The translations under genes were made by a program, and so were the position numbers. DNA of 64,000 nt from contig CAZCIU010000006.1 in the NCBI GenBank assembly GCA_964498765.1, positions 8,110 through 72,109 of the forward strand, in the 5' to 3' direction. Below are positions 1 to 8,069 of the stretch, in pieces. The notes below the pieces were generated by a model, which saw nothing but the letters and a program-made list of their open reading frames with translations, was not told the origin of the DNA and searched no databases. The stretch's first letter is position 1; every line of letters begins with the position of its first letter. The DNA comes from an uncultured Paludibacter sp. Its GTDB lineage: Bacteria; Bacteroidota; Bacteroidia; Bacteroidales; Paludibacteraceae.

Positions 1-402
1 ATAAGGTAATAAGGTTTAGATTGATTGAAAATAACAATTCTACTAAGCTTGTAAAATGGGAAATAAGGTTTTTAGTTACAATTTTTTACTATTACACAGC
101 CTATAGTAACCTGTCCATTCCCCCAATTTCAGAGGCTGTGTAAAAATAAGAAGTGAAAAATATCCATTTGCAAATTATCAGACATTATAAAACCTTATTT
201 TAGTAAGAAACCTTAGTACAAATTGGAAACAGATATTTTCAGACCTTATTAGCTTATTAATAAATTAATTACCCAAGATCAAATAAGGTAATAAGGTTTA
301 GATTGATTGAAAATAACAATTCTACTAAGCTTGTAAAATGGGAAATAAGGTTTTTAGTTACAATTTTTTACTATTATACAACCTATAGAAACCTGTTCAT
401 TC
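1..402. repeat. Two copies of a ~120-bp direct repeat (1-120 and 283-402), period 282 bp; the array is cut by the window edge
   Basis: Manual alignment: the first ~95 nt are identical, with 4 mismatches over 120 nt. Copy 1 carries ATAAGGT at 1, 9 and 63, repeated at 283, 291 and 345 in copy 2. The spacer between the copies carries inverted ACCTTA at 192, 210 and 243. Confidence 0.85.
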
Positions 403-600
403 TTCGGTGGTAGAGGGATTAAATATTTATCTACTTACCTAAGAAGTCTCACCCCCAAACCAAACAAGATAACATTTCCCTCCCTTGAAAAGTTCTGCTT
501 TTAGATTTATTGAAAGAAAATAATATCGTATCTTTGTAATCGTATAAGAAAATATGTAAAAAGTACTCAATTACAAAAAACTTAATGTATAGAACTAAAT

Positions 601-690
601 CCAAAAGTCTTGCTTCCAAAAGTCTAGGTTCTATAAGTCTTGGTTCTAAAAATCTTGAATCTATCAATCTAAAAAATCTTGTCTCAAAAA
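601..690 (+). repeat. About six degenerate 15-bp tandem units (CCAAAAGTCTTGCTT-like) ending 10 nt before the peptidase ATG
   Basis: Units read at 601, 616, 631, 646, 661 and 676, with a recurring (A/G)TCT(T/A)(G/A) core. Confidence 0.8.
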
Positions 691-700
691 GAAACATACA

Positions 701-2788
701 ATGAAACTAAAAATTATCACAATGGCAATAGCCTTAACCACGCTTATGGCATGTAAAAATGATGGAAAAACGGAGGGCGATGCTCCGCTTATCGGCAAAC
801 AAGTTCCAACAATTGAAAACGGACGACTGACACCTGAAACGCTTTGGGCATTCGGTCGAATTGGAGGCGTACAAGTCTCTCCCGACGAAACTAAAATTCT
901 TTATAGCGTATCGTACTACAGCATCCAACAAAACAAAAGCAACAGCGAGATTTTTGTAATGAATGCTGATGGAAGCGACAAAAAACAATTAACTAATTCA
1001 TCTTACCGTGAATCGGCTGCTAAATGGATGAAGGATAGCCAACACATTGCTTACCTATCAAACGAAAGCGGCAGTTCACAACTGTGGACGATGAAAGCGG
1101 ATGGTTCCGGCAAAACGAAATTAACCGACTGGGAAGGTGGAATTAGCGATTTTAGCTTTTCTCCGGATGAAACGAAACTGCTTTTCGTGGCGGATGTAAA
1201 ATACGGTGAGCGTACTGTGGATAAGCATCCCGATTTACCAAAAACCAGCGGCGTTATTGTCAATGACCTGATGTATAAACACTGGGATGAATGGGTGCAA
1301 ACTATTCCACATCCATTTGTGGCGGATATTGCCGGAGGTAAACTGGAAAATGAAAAAGACATTCTGGAAGGTGAACCTTTTGAAAGTCCGATGAAGCCGT
1401 TTGGCGGAATTGAGCAGTTGGCTTGGAGCCCCGATGGTCAAACAATTGCCTACACTTCCCGCAAAAAAACAGGCAAAGAATACGCAATTTCTACGAATTC
1501 CGATATTTATTTCTACAATCTGGCCGATGGAAGTCATAAGAATATGACGGAAGGCATGATGGGTTACGACCAAAATCCGAGTTTTTCACCTGATGGCGAA
1601 TGGATGGCCTGGGAAAGCATGGAGCATGACGGTTACGAATCGGATAAAAGTCGCTTGTTTGTGATGAATGTAAAAACGGGTGAGAAAAAAGACCTGAGTG
1701 CGAATTTCGATCAAAATTCCAACGGATTGGCCTGGACTGCTGACAGCAAAAATATCTACTTTGTAAGTGTGTGGCATGCTAAAACGCAGATTTACAAAGC
1801 TTCGCTTGAAAATGACAGTATCACGCAAGTTACATCGGGAGCGCACGATTATCAAAGCGTTATTCCGTTGAAAGATAAACTAATTGCCGTGAAACATTCC
1901 ATCAGCAAACCGAATGAAATCTATTCTGTAAGCATGACCGATGGCAAGGAAACTGAGCTTTCTTTTGAGAATAAGGAAATCCTCGATCAGCTGAAAATGG
2001 GTAAGGTGGAAGAGCGTTGGATTGCCACAACCGATGGCAATCAAATGCTGACCTGGGTGATTTATCCACCTGATTTTGACCCGAATAAAAAATATCCTAC
2101 TTTGCTGTATTGCCAAGGCGGACCGCAATCGGCTGTCAGCCAATTCTGGTCGTATCGTTGGAATTTCCAGATCATGGCAGCGAATGATTACATTATCGTT
2201 GCACCCAACCGTCGCGGATTGCCGGGCTTTGGACACGACTGGCTAACGCAAATCAGCGGCGATTACGGCGGTCAGAATATGAAAGATTACCTTTCTGCGA
2301 TTGATGAAGTGAGCAAAGAGCCTTTCGTAGATACGGATAAATTGGGTTGTGTGGGGGCAAGTTATGGCGGATTTTCCGTGTTCTGGTTGGCAGGGCATCA
2401 CAACAAGCGCTTCAAAGCCTTTATCGCGCATGATGGAATGTTTAATTTTGAGCAGCAATACCTGGAAACCGAAGAAATGTGGTTTGTAAACTGGGATTTG
2501 GGCGGAGCCTATTGGGAGAAAGACAATGCCGTTGCACAGCGCTCGTACGCCAATTCACCGCACCTGTTTGTGGATAAATGGGATACACCGATTTTAGTCA
2601 TCCACGGCGAGAAAGACTACCGCATTCTGGCATCACAAGGCATGGCGGCATTTAACGCAGCAGTTTTACGCGGCATTCCGGCAGAATTACTTGTTTATCC
2701 CGATGAAAATCACTGGGTACTCCAACCGCAAAACGGTGTTCTTTGGCAGCGCACATTCTTCGGCTGGCTGGATAAGTGGCTGAAATAA
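701..2788 (+). CDS. S9-family serine peptidase (prolyl oligopeptidase / acylaminoacyl-peptidase type) with N-terminal beta-propeller; probable lipoprotein
   Basis: 695-aa ORF with ATG at 701. Signal peptide ends LMAC. Repeated SPDE/SPDG blade motifs occupy the N-terminal half. The C-terminal half has the GxSxGG elbow (GASYGG), then D (GEKDYR) and H (DENHW) in S9 order. Confidence 0.85.
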   Translation: MKLKIITMAIALTTLMACKNDGKTEGDAPLIGKQVPTIENGRLTPETLWAFGRIGGVQVSPDETKILYSVSYYSIQQNKSNSEIFVMNADGSDKKQLTNSSYRESAAKWMKDSQHIAYLSNESGSSQLWTMKADGSGKTKLTDWEGGISDFSFSPDETKLLFVADVKYGERTVDKHPDLPKTSGVIVNDLMYKHWDEWVQTIPHPFVADIAGGKLENEKDILEGEPFESPMKPFGGIEQLAWSPDGQTIAYTSRKKTGKEYAISTNSDIYFYNLADGSHKNMTEGMMGYDQNPSFSPDGEWMAWESMEHDGYESDKSRLFVMNVKTGEKKDLSANFDQNSNGLAWTADSKNIYFVSVWHAKTQIYKASLENDSITQVTSGAHDYQSVIPLKDKLIAVKHSISKPNEIYSVSMTDGKETELSFENKEILDQLKMGKVEERWIATTDGNQMLTWVIYPPDFDPNKKYPTLLYCQGGPQSAVSQFWSYRWNFQIMAANDYIIVAPNRRGLPGFGHDWLTQISGDYGGQNMKDYLSAIDEVSKEPFVDTDKLGCVGASYGGFSVFWLAGHHNKRFKAFIAHDGMFNFEQQYLETEEMWFVNWDLGGAYWEKDNAVAQRSYANSPHLFVDKWDTPILVIHGEKDYRILASQGMAAFNAAVLRGIPAELLVYPDENHWVLQPQNGVLWQRTFFGWLDKWLK

Positions 2789-2796
2789 TTCGGTCC

Positions 2797-2872
2797 TCTG
2801 ACATTCTTGAGGAACTCGGACATTCCTGCGGTCTTCGGACATTCTTGAGGATCTCGGACATTCCTGTCCGAG
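2797..2872. repeat. Four 19-bp tandem units (TCGGACATTC[C/T]TG...); the last unit forms the hairpin CTCGGACA-TTCC-TGTCCGAG
   Basis: Read directly. Units start at about 2797, 2816, 2835 and 2854, immediately after the peptidase stop codon. Confidence 0.8.
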
Positions 2873-2887
2873 AATAAAAAAACACAA

Positions 2888-2935
2888 AAAGCCAGGCTAT
2901 GGTTCTATTCCATTGGCTTGGCTTTCTTTTTTATT
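2888..2935 (+). terminator. Rho-independent terminator candidate
   Basis: AAAGCCAGGCTA pairs with TTGGCTTGGCTTT (~12 bp including G-U pairs), followed by CTTTTTTATTT. Confidence 0.55.
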
Positions 2936-3015
2936 TACTTTTATTTAAATAATGTTAAATCTGCAGAACCAATGCAGCGTTTTGCCACATTTTTCCATCA
3001 TATAGAAAACGAGTG

Positions 3016-3567
3016 ATGAATTCGGACAGAGAACAACTTATAATTGCCGGCTGCCAAAAGGGTGAGACGTGGGCAAGAAGGGAATTGTATGAGAAATTTG
3101 CCCCTTCTATGTTGCCGCTGTGCGTGCGCTACGTGGCGGATATGGATGCCGCGAAAGATGTGCTGCAAGATGGATTTATCAAAGTTTTTACCCGTTTTAA
3201 CACGTATGAAGCAAAGGGCTCTTTGGGAGGTTGGATGAGGCAGATATTTGTGAATACGGCTTTGGAGTACCTGGTGAAAAATGAGCCTTTCAATCACAGT
3301 GTTTCGGTGGATGATTATTCGGTCATGGATGATTACAGTCACTTTGCACTGGAAAAAATATCCGCAGATGATTTGATAGAGTGCATTTCGGAGCTTCCCG
3401 CCCGATGCAGAACAGTGTTTAATATGTATGCAATCGAGGGTTACTCACACGCCGAAATTGGTGAGAAAATGGGAATTCAGGAAAATTCATCCAGAGCGCA
3501 GTTTGCAAGAGCTCGAAAACAGTTGCAAGAAATGGTAAGCGAATTAATGAAGAAAAACAATGTCTGA
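3016..3567 (+). CDS. ECF-type RNA polymerase sigma-70 family factor
   Basis: 183-184 aa (GTG at 3013 or ATG at 3016). Region 2 (DVLQDGFIKVF) and a region 4 HTH (YSHAEIGEKMGIQENSSRAQFARARKQL) are present. Confidence 0.85.
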   Translation: MNSDREQLIIAGCQKGETWARRELYEKFAPSMLPLCVRYVADMDAAKDVLQDGFIKVFTRFNTYEAKGSLGGWMRQIFVNTALEYLVKNEPFNHSVSVDDYSVMDDYSHFALEKISADDLIECISELPARCRTVFNMYAIEGYSHAEIGEKMGIQENSSRAQFARARKQLQEMVSELMKKNNV

Positions 3568-4861
3568 GAAAGATAAACAAATACAAGAGGATATTTTCAG
3601 CCAAAAAATTAAAGAAAAGCTGGAAAATCATTCCATGCCGGTGGACGAAAGCATCTGGCAAGGAATTGAGGAGAAACTGGCTCCACCACGCAAAAAAGCC
3701 GTTCCGCTCTGGTATTGGCTATCGGGTGGAGTAGCGGCAGCTATCGCATTGCTGTTGTTGGTAAATCCCTTTGGCTCAAATGAGAACAAACCACTTATAA
3801 GCGATAAAACTGCGATTGAAAAGCCAGTTGAGACACCAAAAATGCAAGAAATACAGGAAATTGAACAGGCAACTGAAGAAAATCCGGCTCAATTCCCAAT
3901 GGAATTCTTAAACGAAAAATCCAAGAAAGCAAAACTGGGTCTTCAAAAACCGAAACGCTCTGTATTATTAGTTACAGGAAATGCTATTTCTCAGAAATCA
4001 ACTACTGAAACAACTGAAATTTCTGAAGTTTCAGAGCCTCAAATCATAACAGATATTATTTCTGAAAAAGAAAAATCTGCTTCAACTTCAGAAGTAGCTC
4101 AAACAGATAAAAAACAGAGCAACAAACAAAAAATCGATGCATTGCCCGACTTAAATGATTATCCGGAAGTGATTGCACCAGCAAAATCCCGCAAAAAACG
4201 ACCTTTGCTTTTAGCGGCTTCGATGGAAACGGGAGGTGCTATCAGCAAGCACGGAATGGATTACGCGCCTATGTACTCGGAGTATGCTAATGGTCCAAGC
4301 TTGGTGAAATCTGACATGGCCAGCCGATATACCTCTGTGTTGGACGTCAGCGATTTTTCAAATGCACGTCACCTGCCGCCGCTTTCCGTGGGGCTTACAC
4401 TTGTGAAAACGCTGAATGAAACATTCGGAATTGAGAGTGGCTTGGTTTACACGTTTTTGAAATCGGAATATACGCGTCCCGGCCTCACATCGCACAAAGC
4501 CGATTTGAACTTGCATTACCTGGGCGTGCCGCTCAACTTGCAAATGAACATGCTGAAAAAACCGAACTGGAAAATTTATCTTTCGGCTGGAGGAATGATT
4601 GAAAAAGGCTTGCGTTCCATTTACCGACAGGAAATTGTGGATGGTGCGGAAACGATTAGTACCAATATAAAAGAGAACATCGACGGCGTACAATGGTCGC
4701 TGAATTCTGCGTTGGGAATAGATGTGAAAATTCAGAAACATGTAAGCCTCTTTGCAGAGCCGAAACTGGTGTATTATCTGGATAATAATCAGCCGGCAAG
4801 TGCCAGAACGGAAAATCCGCTTTATTTTGGAATTAGCGGAGGAATGCGAATTGAGTTATAA
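3560..4861 (+). CDS. Sigma-coupled membrane protein: anti-sigma-like N-terminus plus single TM helix, low-complexity linker, C-terminal OMP-type beta-barrel-like domain
   Basis: 433 aa. The ATG overlaps the sigma stop codon (ATGTCTGA at 3560-3567). TM helix WYWLSGGVAAAIALLLLV, then an E/K/Q/S/T-rich linker. The last ~200 aa show an alternating-hydrophobic strand pattern (LHYLGVPLNL, YFGISGGMRIEL), like PorT/OMP_b-brl_2 proteins. Confidence 0.6.
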   Translation: MSEKDKQIQEDIFSQKIKEKLENHSMPVDESIWQGIEEKLAPPRKKAVPLWYWLSGGVAAAIALLLLVNPFGSNENKPLISDKTAIEKPVETPKMQEIQEIEQATEENPAQFPMEFLNEKSKKAKLGLQKPKRSVLLVTGNAISQKSTTETTEISEVSEPQIITDIISEKEKSASTSEVAQTDKKQSNKQKIDALPDLNDYPEVIAPAKSRKKRPLLLAASMETGGAISKHGMDYAPMYSEYANGPSLVKSDMASRYTSVLDVSDFSNARHLPPLSVGLTLVKTLNETFGIESGLVYTFLKSEYTRPGLTSHKADLNLHYLGVPLNLQMNMLKKPNWKIYLSAGGMIEKGLRSIYRQEIVDGAETISTNIKENIDGVQWSLNSALGIDVKIQKHVSLFAEPKLVYYLDNNQPASARTENPLYFGISGGMRIEL

Positions 4862-4889
4862 GACCTTAAATTTTTCCCTAAAATATACC

Positions 4890-5096
4890 ATGACACAAGA
4901 ACAGATTTACACACGCAAGAAAAAAATTGCTCGGTTTTGCTTTGTCCTGCTTGTTTTAATAACAAGTTTTGGCTTTTGGAAAGCGATATATGAAAATCCG
5001 GAAATTCGCACCAATTCAAAACAATTTTTTATGGCCGATACCGAAAATCAAGCATCACCCGTATTCTTTTGGATTGGGCGAAACAGCGATAAATAG
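4890..5096 (+). CDS. Small single-TM protein (68 aa), hypothetical
   Basis: In-frame ATG at 4890 within the 4752-5096 ORF. Hydrophobic helix FCFVLLVLITSFGFW. No recognisable family. Confidence 0.3.
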   Translation: MTQEQIYTRKKKIARFCFVLLVLITSFGFWKAIYENPEIRTNSKQFFMADTENQASPVFFWIGRNSDK

Positions 5097-5125
5097 AAAA
5101 AACTAATCAATAATACCTTATAGTT

Positions 5126-6349
5126 ATGAGAAAAATACTTGCTTTTATGCTAATTGCAACGCTACTCCTGGCTTGTGAAAAGAAACAACAACCAATTTTT
5201 GAAGAAAAACCGCTTGTACTCAATGCAGTGCAGAAAATCCGTGTGGCACAAGACAATGATTTTGCATTTGAGCTAATGAAACAAACGCTCGCGGAATACA
5301 GTGATAAAAGTAATATTTTTATTTCGCCATTGAGTGTGAGCATGGCACTGGGAATGACGCGCAACGGAGCTATCAACGACACGAAAACGGAAATGGATGC
5401 AGCTTTGAAATTGAGAGGAATGTCTGATACCGAAATCAACGAGTACTACAAATTGATGCAAAACTCACTGCCTTTGGTTGATTCGAAAACGAAATTCATC
5501 CTCGCAAACTCAATCTGGTATCGAAATAGTTTTCAGGTTAAACCGGAATTTTTGAAAACAAATGTTGATTATTTTAATTCGGAAGTGGCTGCATTGGATT
5601 TCGATGATCCTAAATCGGTGGATATTATCAATAACTGGTGTAGCGATAAAACAAATGGATTAATTCCTCAGGTGCTCAACAGAATTTCCTCAGAGCAAAT
5701 GATGTTTTTGATAAATGCCATTTATTTCAAGGGTGCTTGGGTTACTAAATTCGATAAAAAGAAAACTTCAGAACGTGAATTTACCAATGAGCTGGGTGAA
5801 AAATCGAAGGTAAATATGATGCATTTGACAGATACATTTGCCTATTCAGAAGATAATTTTGCTCAATACCTGGATATGCCTTACGGAAATAAATCCTTTA
5901 GTATGACCGTGATATTGCCTAAAGGAAACAATCAAGCGAAGAATGTTTTTGAAACCCTCAGCACCGGACAATTGAATGAGAGCATTTCCAAGCAAAGAAT
6001 GGAGAAAGTTAATCTTTATTTCCCACGTTTTAATGTGAAAAATTCATTGGACTTAGTTCCTGTTTTGCAGTCGATGGGAATGAACAAAGCGTTTACAACA
6101 TCGGCTGAGCTTGACAATATTGCCGTAATGAAACCGCTCTATATAGATATGGTAAAGCATGACAGCTACGTTGAAGTCACTGAGGAAGGAACAGAAGCTG
6201 CTGCTGTAACGACTGTAGGAGTTGGAGCTACTTCAGTGCCAATTATTCAAGATTTCATAGTGAATAAGCCCTTTGCATTTGTAATCCGAGAGAAAAATTC
6301 AGGAATAATTCTATTTGTTGGAAAAATTGGAAATGTAAAGAAATTCTGA
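5126..6349 (+). CDS. Serpin (serine protease inhibitor), lipoprotein-type signal
   Basis: 407 aa. Signal peptide ends LLLAC. Canonical serpin hinge and reactive-centre loop EEGTEAAAVTTVGVGATSVPII, followed by NKPFAFVIRE. Confidence 0.85.
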   Translation: MRKILAFMLIATLLLACEKKQQPIFEEKPLVLNAVQKIRVAQDNDFAFELMKQTLAEYSDKSNIFISPLSVSMALGMTRNGAINDTKTEMDAALKLRGMSDTEINEYYKLMQNSLPLVDSKTKFILANSIWYRNSFQVKPEFLKTNVDYFNSEVAALDFDDPKSVDIINNWCSDKTNGLIPQVLNRISSEQMMFLINAIYFKGAWVTKFDKKKTSEREFTNELGEKSKVNMMHLTDTFAYSEDNFAQYLDMPYGNKSFSMTVILPKGNNQAKNVFETLSTGQLNESISKQRMEKVNLYFPRFNVKNSLDLVPVLQSMGMNKAFTTSAELDNIAVMKPLYIDMVKHDSYVEVTEEGTEAAAVTTVGVGATSVPIIQDFIVNKPFAFVIREKNSGIILFVGKIGNVKKF

Positions 6350-6424
6350 AAAGATGCTCACAAGATGTACGATAAAAAGACGACATACTAATTTAGAAAC
6401 GGAACAAAGAACACAACTCATTTA

Positions 6425-6568
6425 CCGTTAGTTGAGCTTGTAAATAACTGGTAGTTGAGCTTGTAAATAACTGGTAGTTGAGCTTGTAAATTACGGTGGT
6501 TGAGCTTGTCGAAACCACCTAATAACCTAATAACTCAATGACCGGTAGTTGAGCTTGTCGAAACTACC
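6425..6568. repeat. Five copies of a 22-25-bp unit with core GT(A/G)GTTGAGCTTGT; the last two copies are hairpins
   Basis: Units at 6425, 6450, 6473, 6495 and 6544. Hairpins are GGTGGTT-N11-AACCACC (6495-6519) and GGTAGTT-N11-AACTACC (6544-6568). Flanking AATAAC(C/T)(T/C)AATAACT repeats are present. Confidence 0.85.
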
Positions 6569-6607
6569 CAATAACTCAATAACTAACTATTAACCCCAAT
6601 ATCAATT

Positions 6608-7888
6608 ATGAAACGTATTAATTATTTATTTTTATTTTTGGCAGCATTTCTTTTGAATGCTTGTTCAGACACCGGCGAGGAAACCATTACCTACAAAATT
6701 AATGAACCGGTTTTTATGTCAATGGATGCCTTCCGAAAATCGGTTCGAGTAAGCCCCGAGCCGCAGGAAATTAAAAAACAAGGTAAAATTGCTTTTTTCG
6801 AAGGCTTTATGTACATTTCCGAGCCTGAAAAAGGCATTCACATTATTGACAATCGCAATCCCGCCAAACCACTTCCGGTAGGATTTATCGAACTGCTGGG
6901 AAATGTGGATATGGCGATAAAAGATAATGTTATGTATGCGGACTCATACATCGATTTGGTCTGGTTTGACATTTCAAATCCGTCCAATCCGAAACTACTG
7001 GGAAGAAAAGAGAATGTATTTCCAACTGCATTGCCGGCGTCAGATAACAATTACATCTACGACTACGAACAGGCAAATGACCGCAGCAAAGGTATTGTTA
7101 TTGGTTGGGTAGTGCGCGAGCGAACCGAAGAATATGTTTGGCGCAGAGGAACTTCCAGCTGGTGGGGCGGCGGTTTTGAGAATTTCGATGCATCTGCTCC
7201 AACAGCTAATGCCGGTGGTGGCGGAATTGGAAAAACCGGTTCTATGTCACGCTTTGCCATTTACAAAAGTTTCTTGTACACCGTGCTTAATAATCAATTG
7301 GGCGTTTTCAACATCGAAGCAGCCACACCGCAGCAGATGGGAGAAAATTTCTATGTGGGTTGGAATGTGGAGACAATTTTCAGCTACAAAGATTATATGT
7401 ACATGGGAACGCCTACCGGAATGATTATATATTCGATTGCAGATCCAGTGAAACCGGAACGAATTGCTTCCGTTCAGCATATTTTGGGTTGTGATCCGGT
7501 TGTAGTGGAAGATGATATTGCTTATGTTACTATTCATTCAGGCAATTTCTGTGGTCAGAATTCCAATCAACTGCTGATTTACAACGTAGAAAATCCGCGT
7601 CATCCAAAGCATATTGTTACTTATGAAATGAAAAATCCGAAAGGACTTGGAATTGACCAGGGAACTTTGTTTGTGTGTGACGAAGGACTGAAAGTGTTCA
7701 ACGCTGAAGACCCATTGTCGCTAATGTCTGCGGATAATAAACTGGCTCACTACAGCGGCATGGACGGTTACGACTTAATTCCATTTAACAAAACGCTGAT
7801 GATGATAGCATCCGATGGAATTTATCAATACGATTATACCGATGTGAAAAATATCAAGCCACTGAGCAAATTGAGTATAGGAAAATAA
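6608..7888 (+). CDS. LVIVD-repeat-like beta-propeller lipoprotein, function unknown
   Basis: 426 aa. Signal peptide ends LLNAC. Recurring pattern of the form 'D...(A/M)Y(V/A)...GL.I.D(I/V)SNP..P' (for example YADSYIDLVWFDISNPSNPKLLG, and AYVTIHSG...LLIYNVENPRHPKHI). Confidence 0.55.
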   Translation: MKRINYLFLFLAAFLLNACSDTGEETITYKINEPVFMSMDAFRKSVRVSPEPQEIKKQGKIAFFEGFMYISEPEKGIHIIDNRNPAKPLPVGFIELLGNVDMAIKDNVMYADSYIDLVWFDISNPSNPKLLGRKENVFPTALPASDNNYIYDYEQANDRSKGIVIGWVVRERTEEYVWRRGTSSWWGGGFENFDASAPTANAGGGGIGKTGSMSRFAIYKSFLYTVLNNQLGVFNIEAATPQQMGENFYVGWNVETIFSYKDYMYMGTPTGMIIYSIADPVKPERIASVQHILGCDPVVVEDDIAYVTIHSGNFCGQNSNQLLIYNVENPRHPKHIVTYEMKNPKGLGIDQGTLFVCDEGLKVFNAEDPLSLMSADNKLAHYSGMDGYDLIPFNKTLMMIASDGIYQYDYTDVKNIKPLSKLSIGK

Positions 7889-7962
7889 AATTCTGCTAAT
7901 CTATCATAATCACTGACTTGTAATTTAACGCACACTTTGTGCTGACCTAAACCTTAATAGCT

Positions 7963-7998
7963 AAATCCCGCTGCTTTTGTGGCGGGATTTTTGTTTTG
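7963..7998 (+). terminator. Rho-independent terminator
   Basis: AAATCCCGC-loop-GCGGGATTT followed by TTGTTTT. Confidence 0.7.
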
Positions 7999-8069
7999 GA
8001 AACCAAGATAAGAAATGGCAATATATTCTTCAAAATCATTAAATTTGCAAAAACATAATTTCAAAACCT

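Noticed and set aside
449-697. 82-aa minus-strand ORF with an internally repetitive sequence (RFLEPRLIEPRLLEARLL)
   Set aside because: It is simply the translation of the 15-bp tandem repeat at 601-690. There is no plausible start context or protein-like composition.
2652-2887. Two overlapping minus-strand ORFs with repeated SRMSEDR segments
   Set aside because: They are translation artefacts of the 19-bp tandem repeat, and they overlap the 3' end of the well-supported S9 peptidase gene.
6425-6568. Possible CRISPR array
   Set aside because: The repeat units are contiguous or separated only by other repeats, with no unique spacers. The units are 22-25 bp and degenerate. There are no cas genes in the window.
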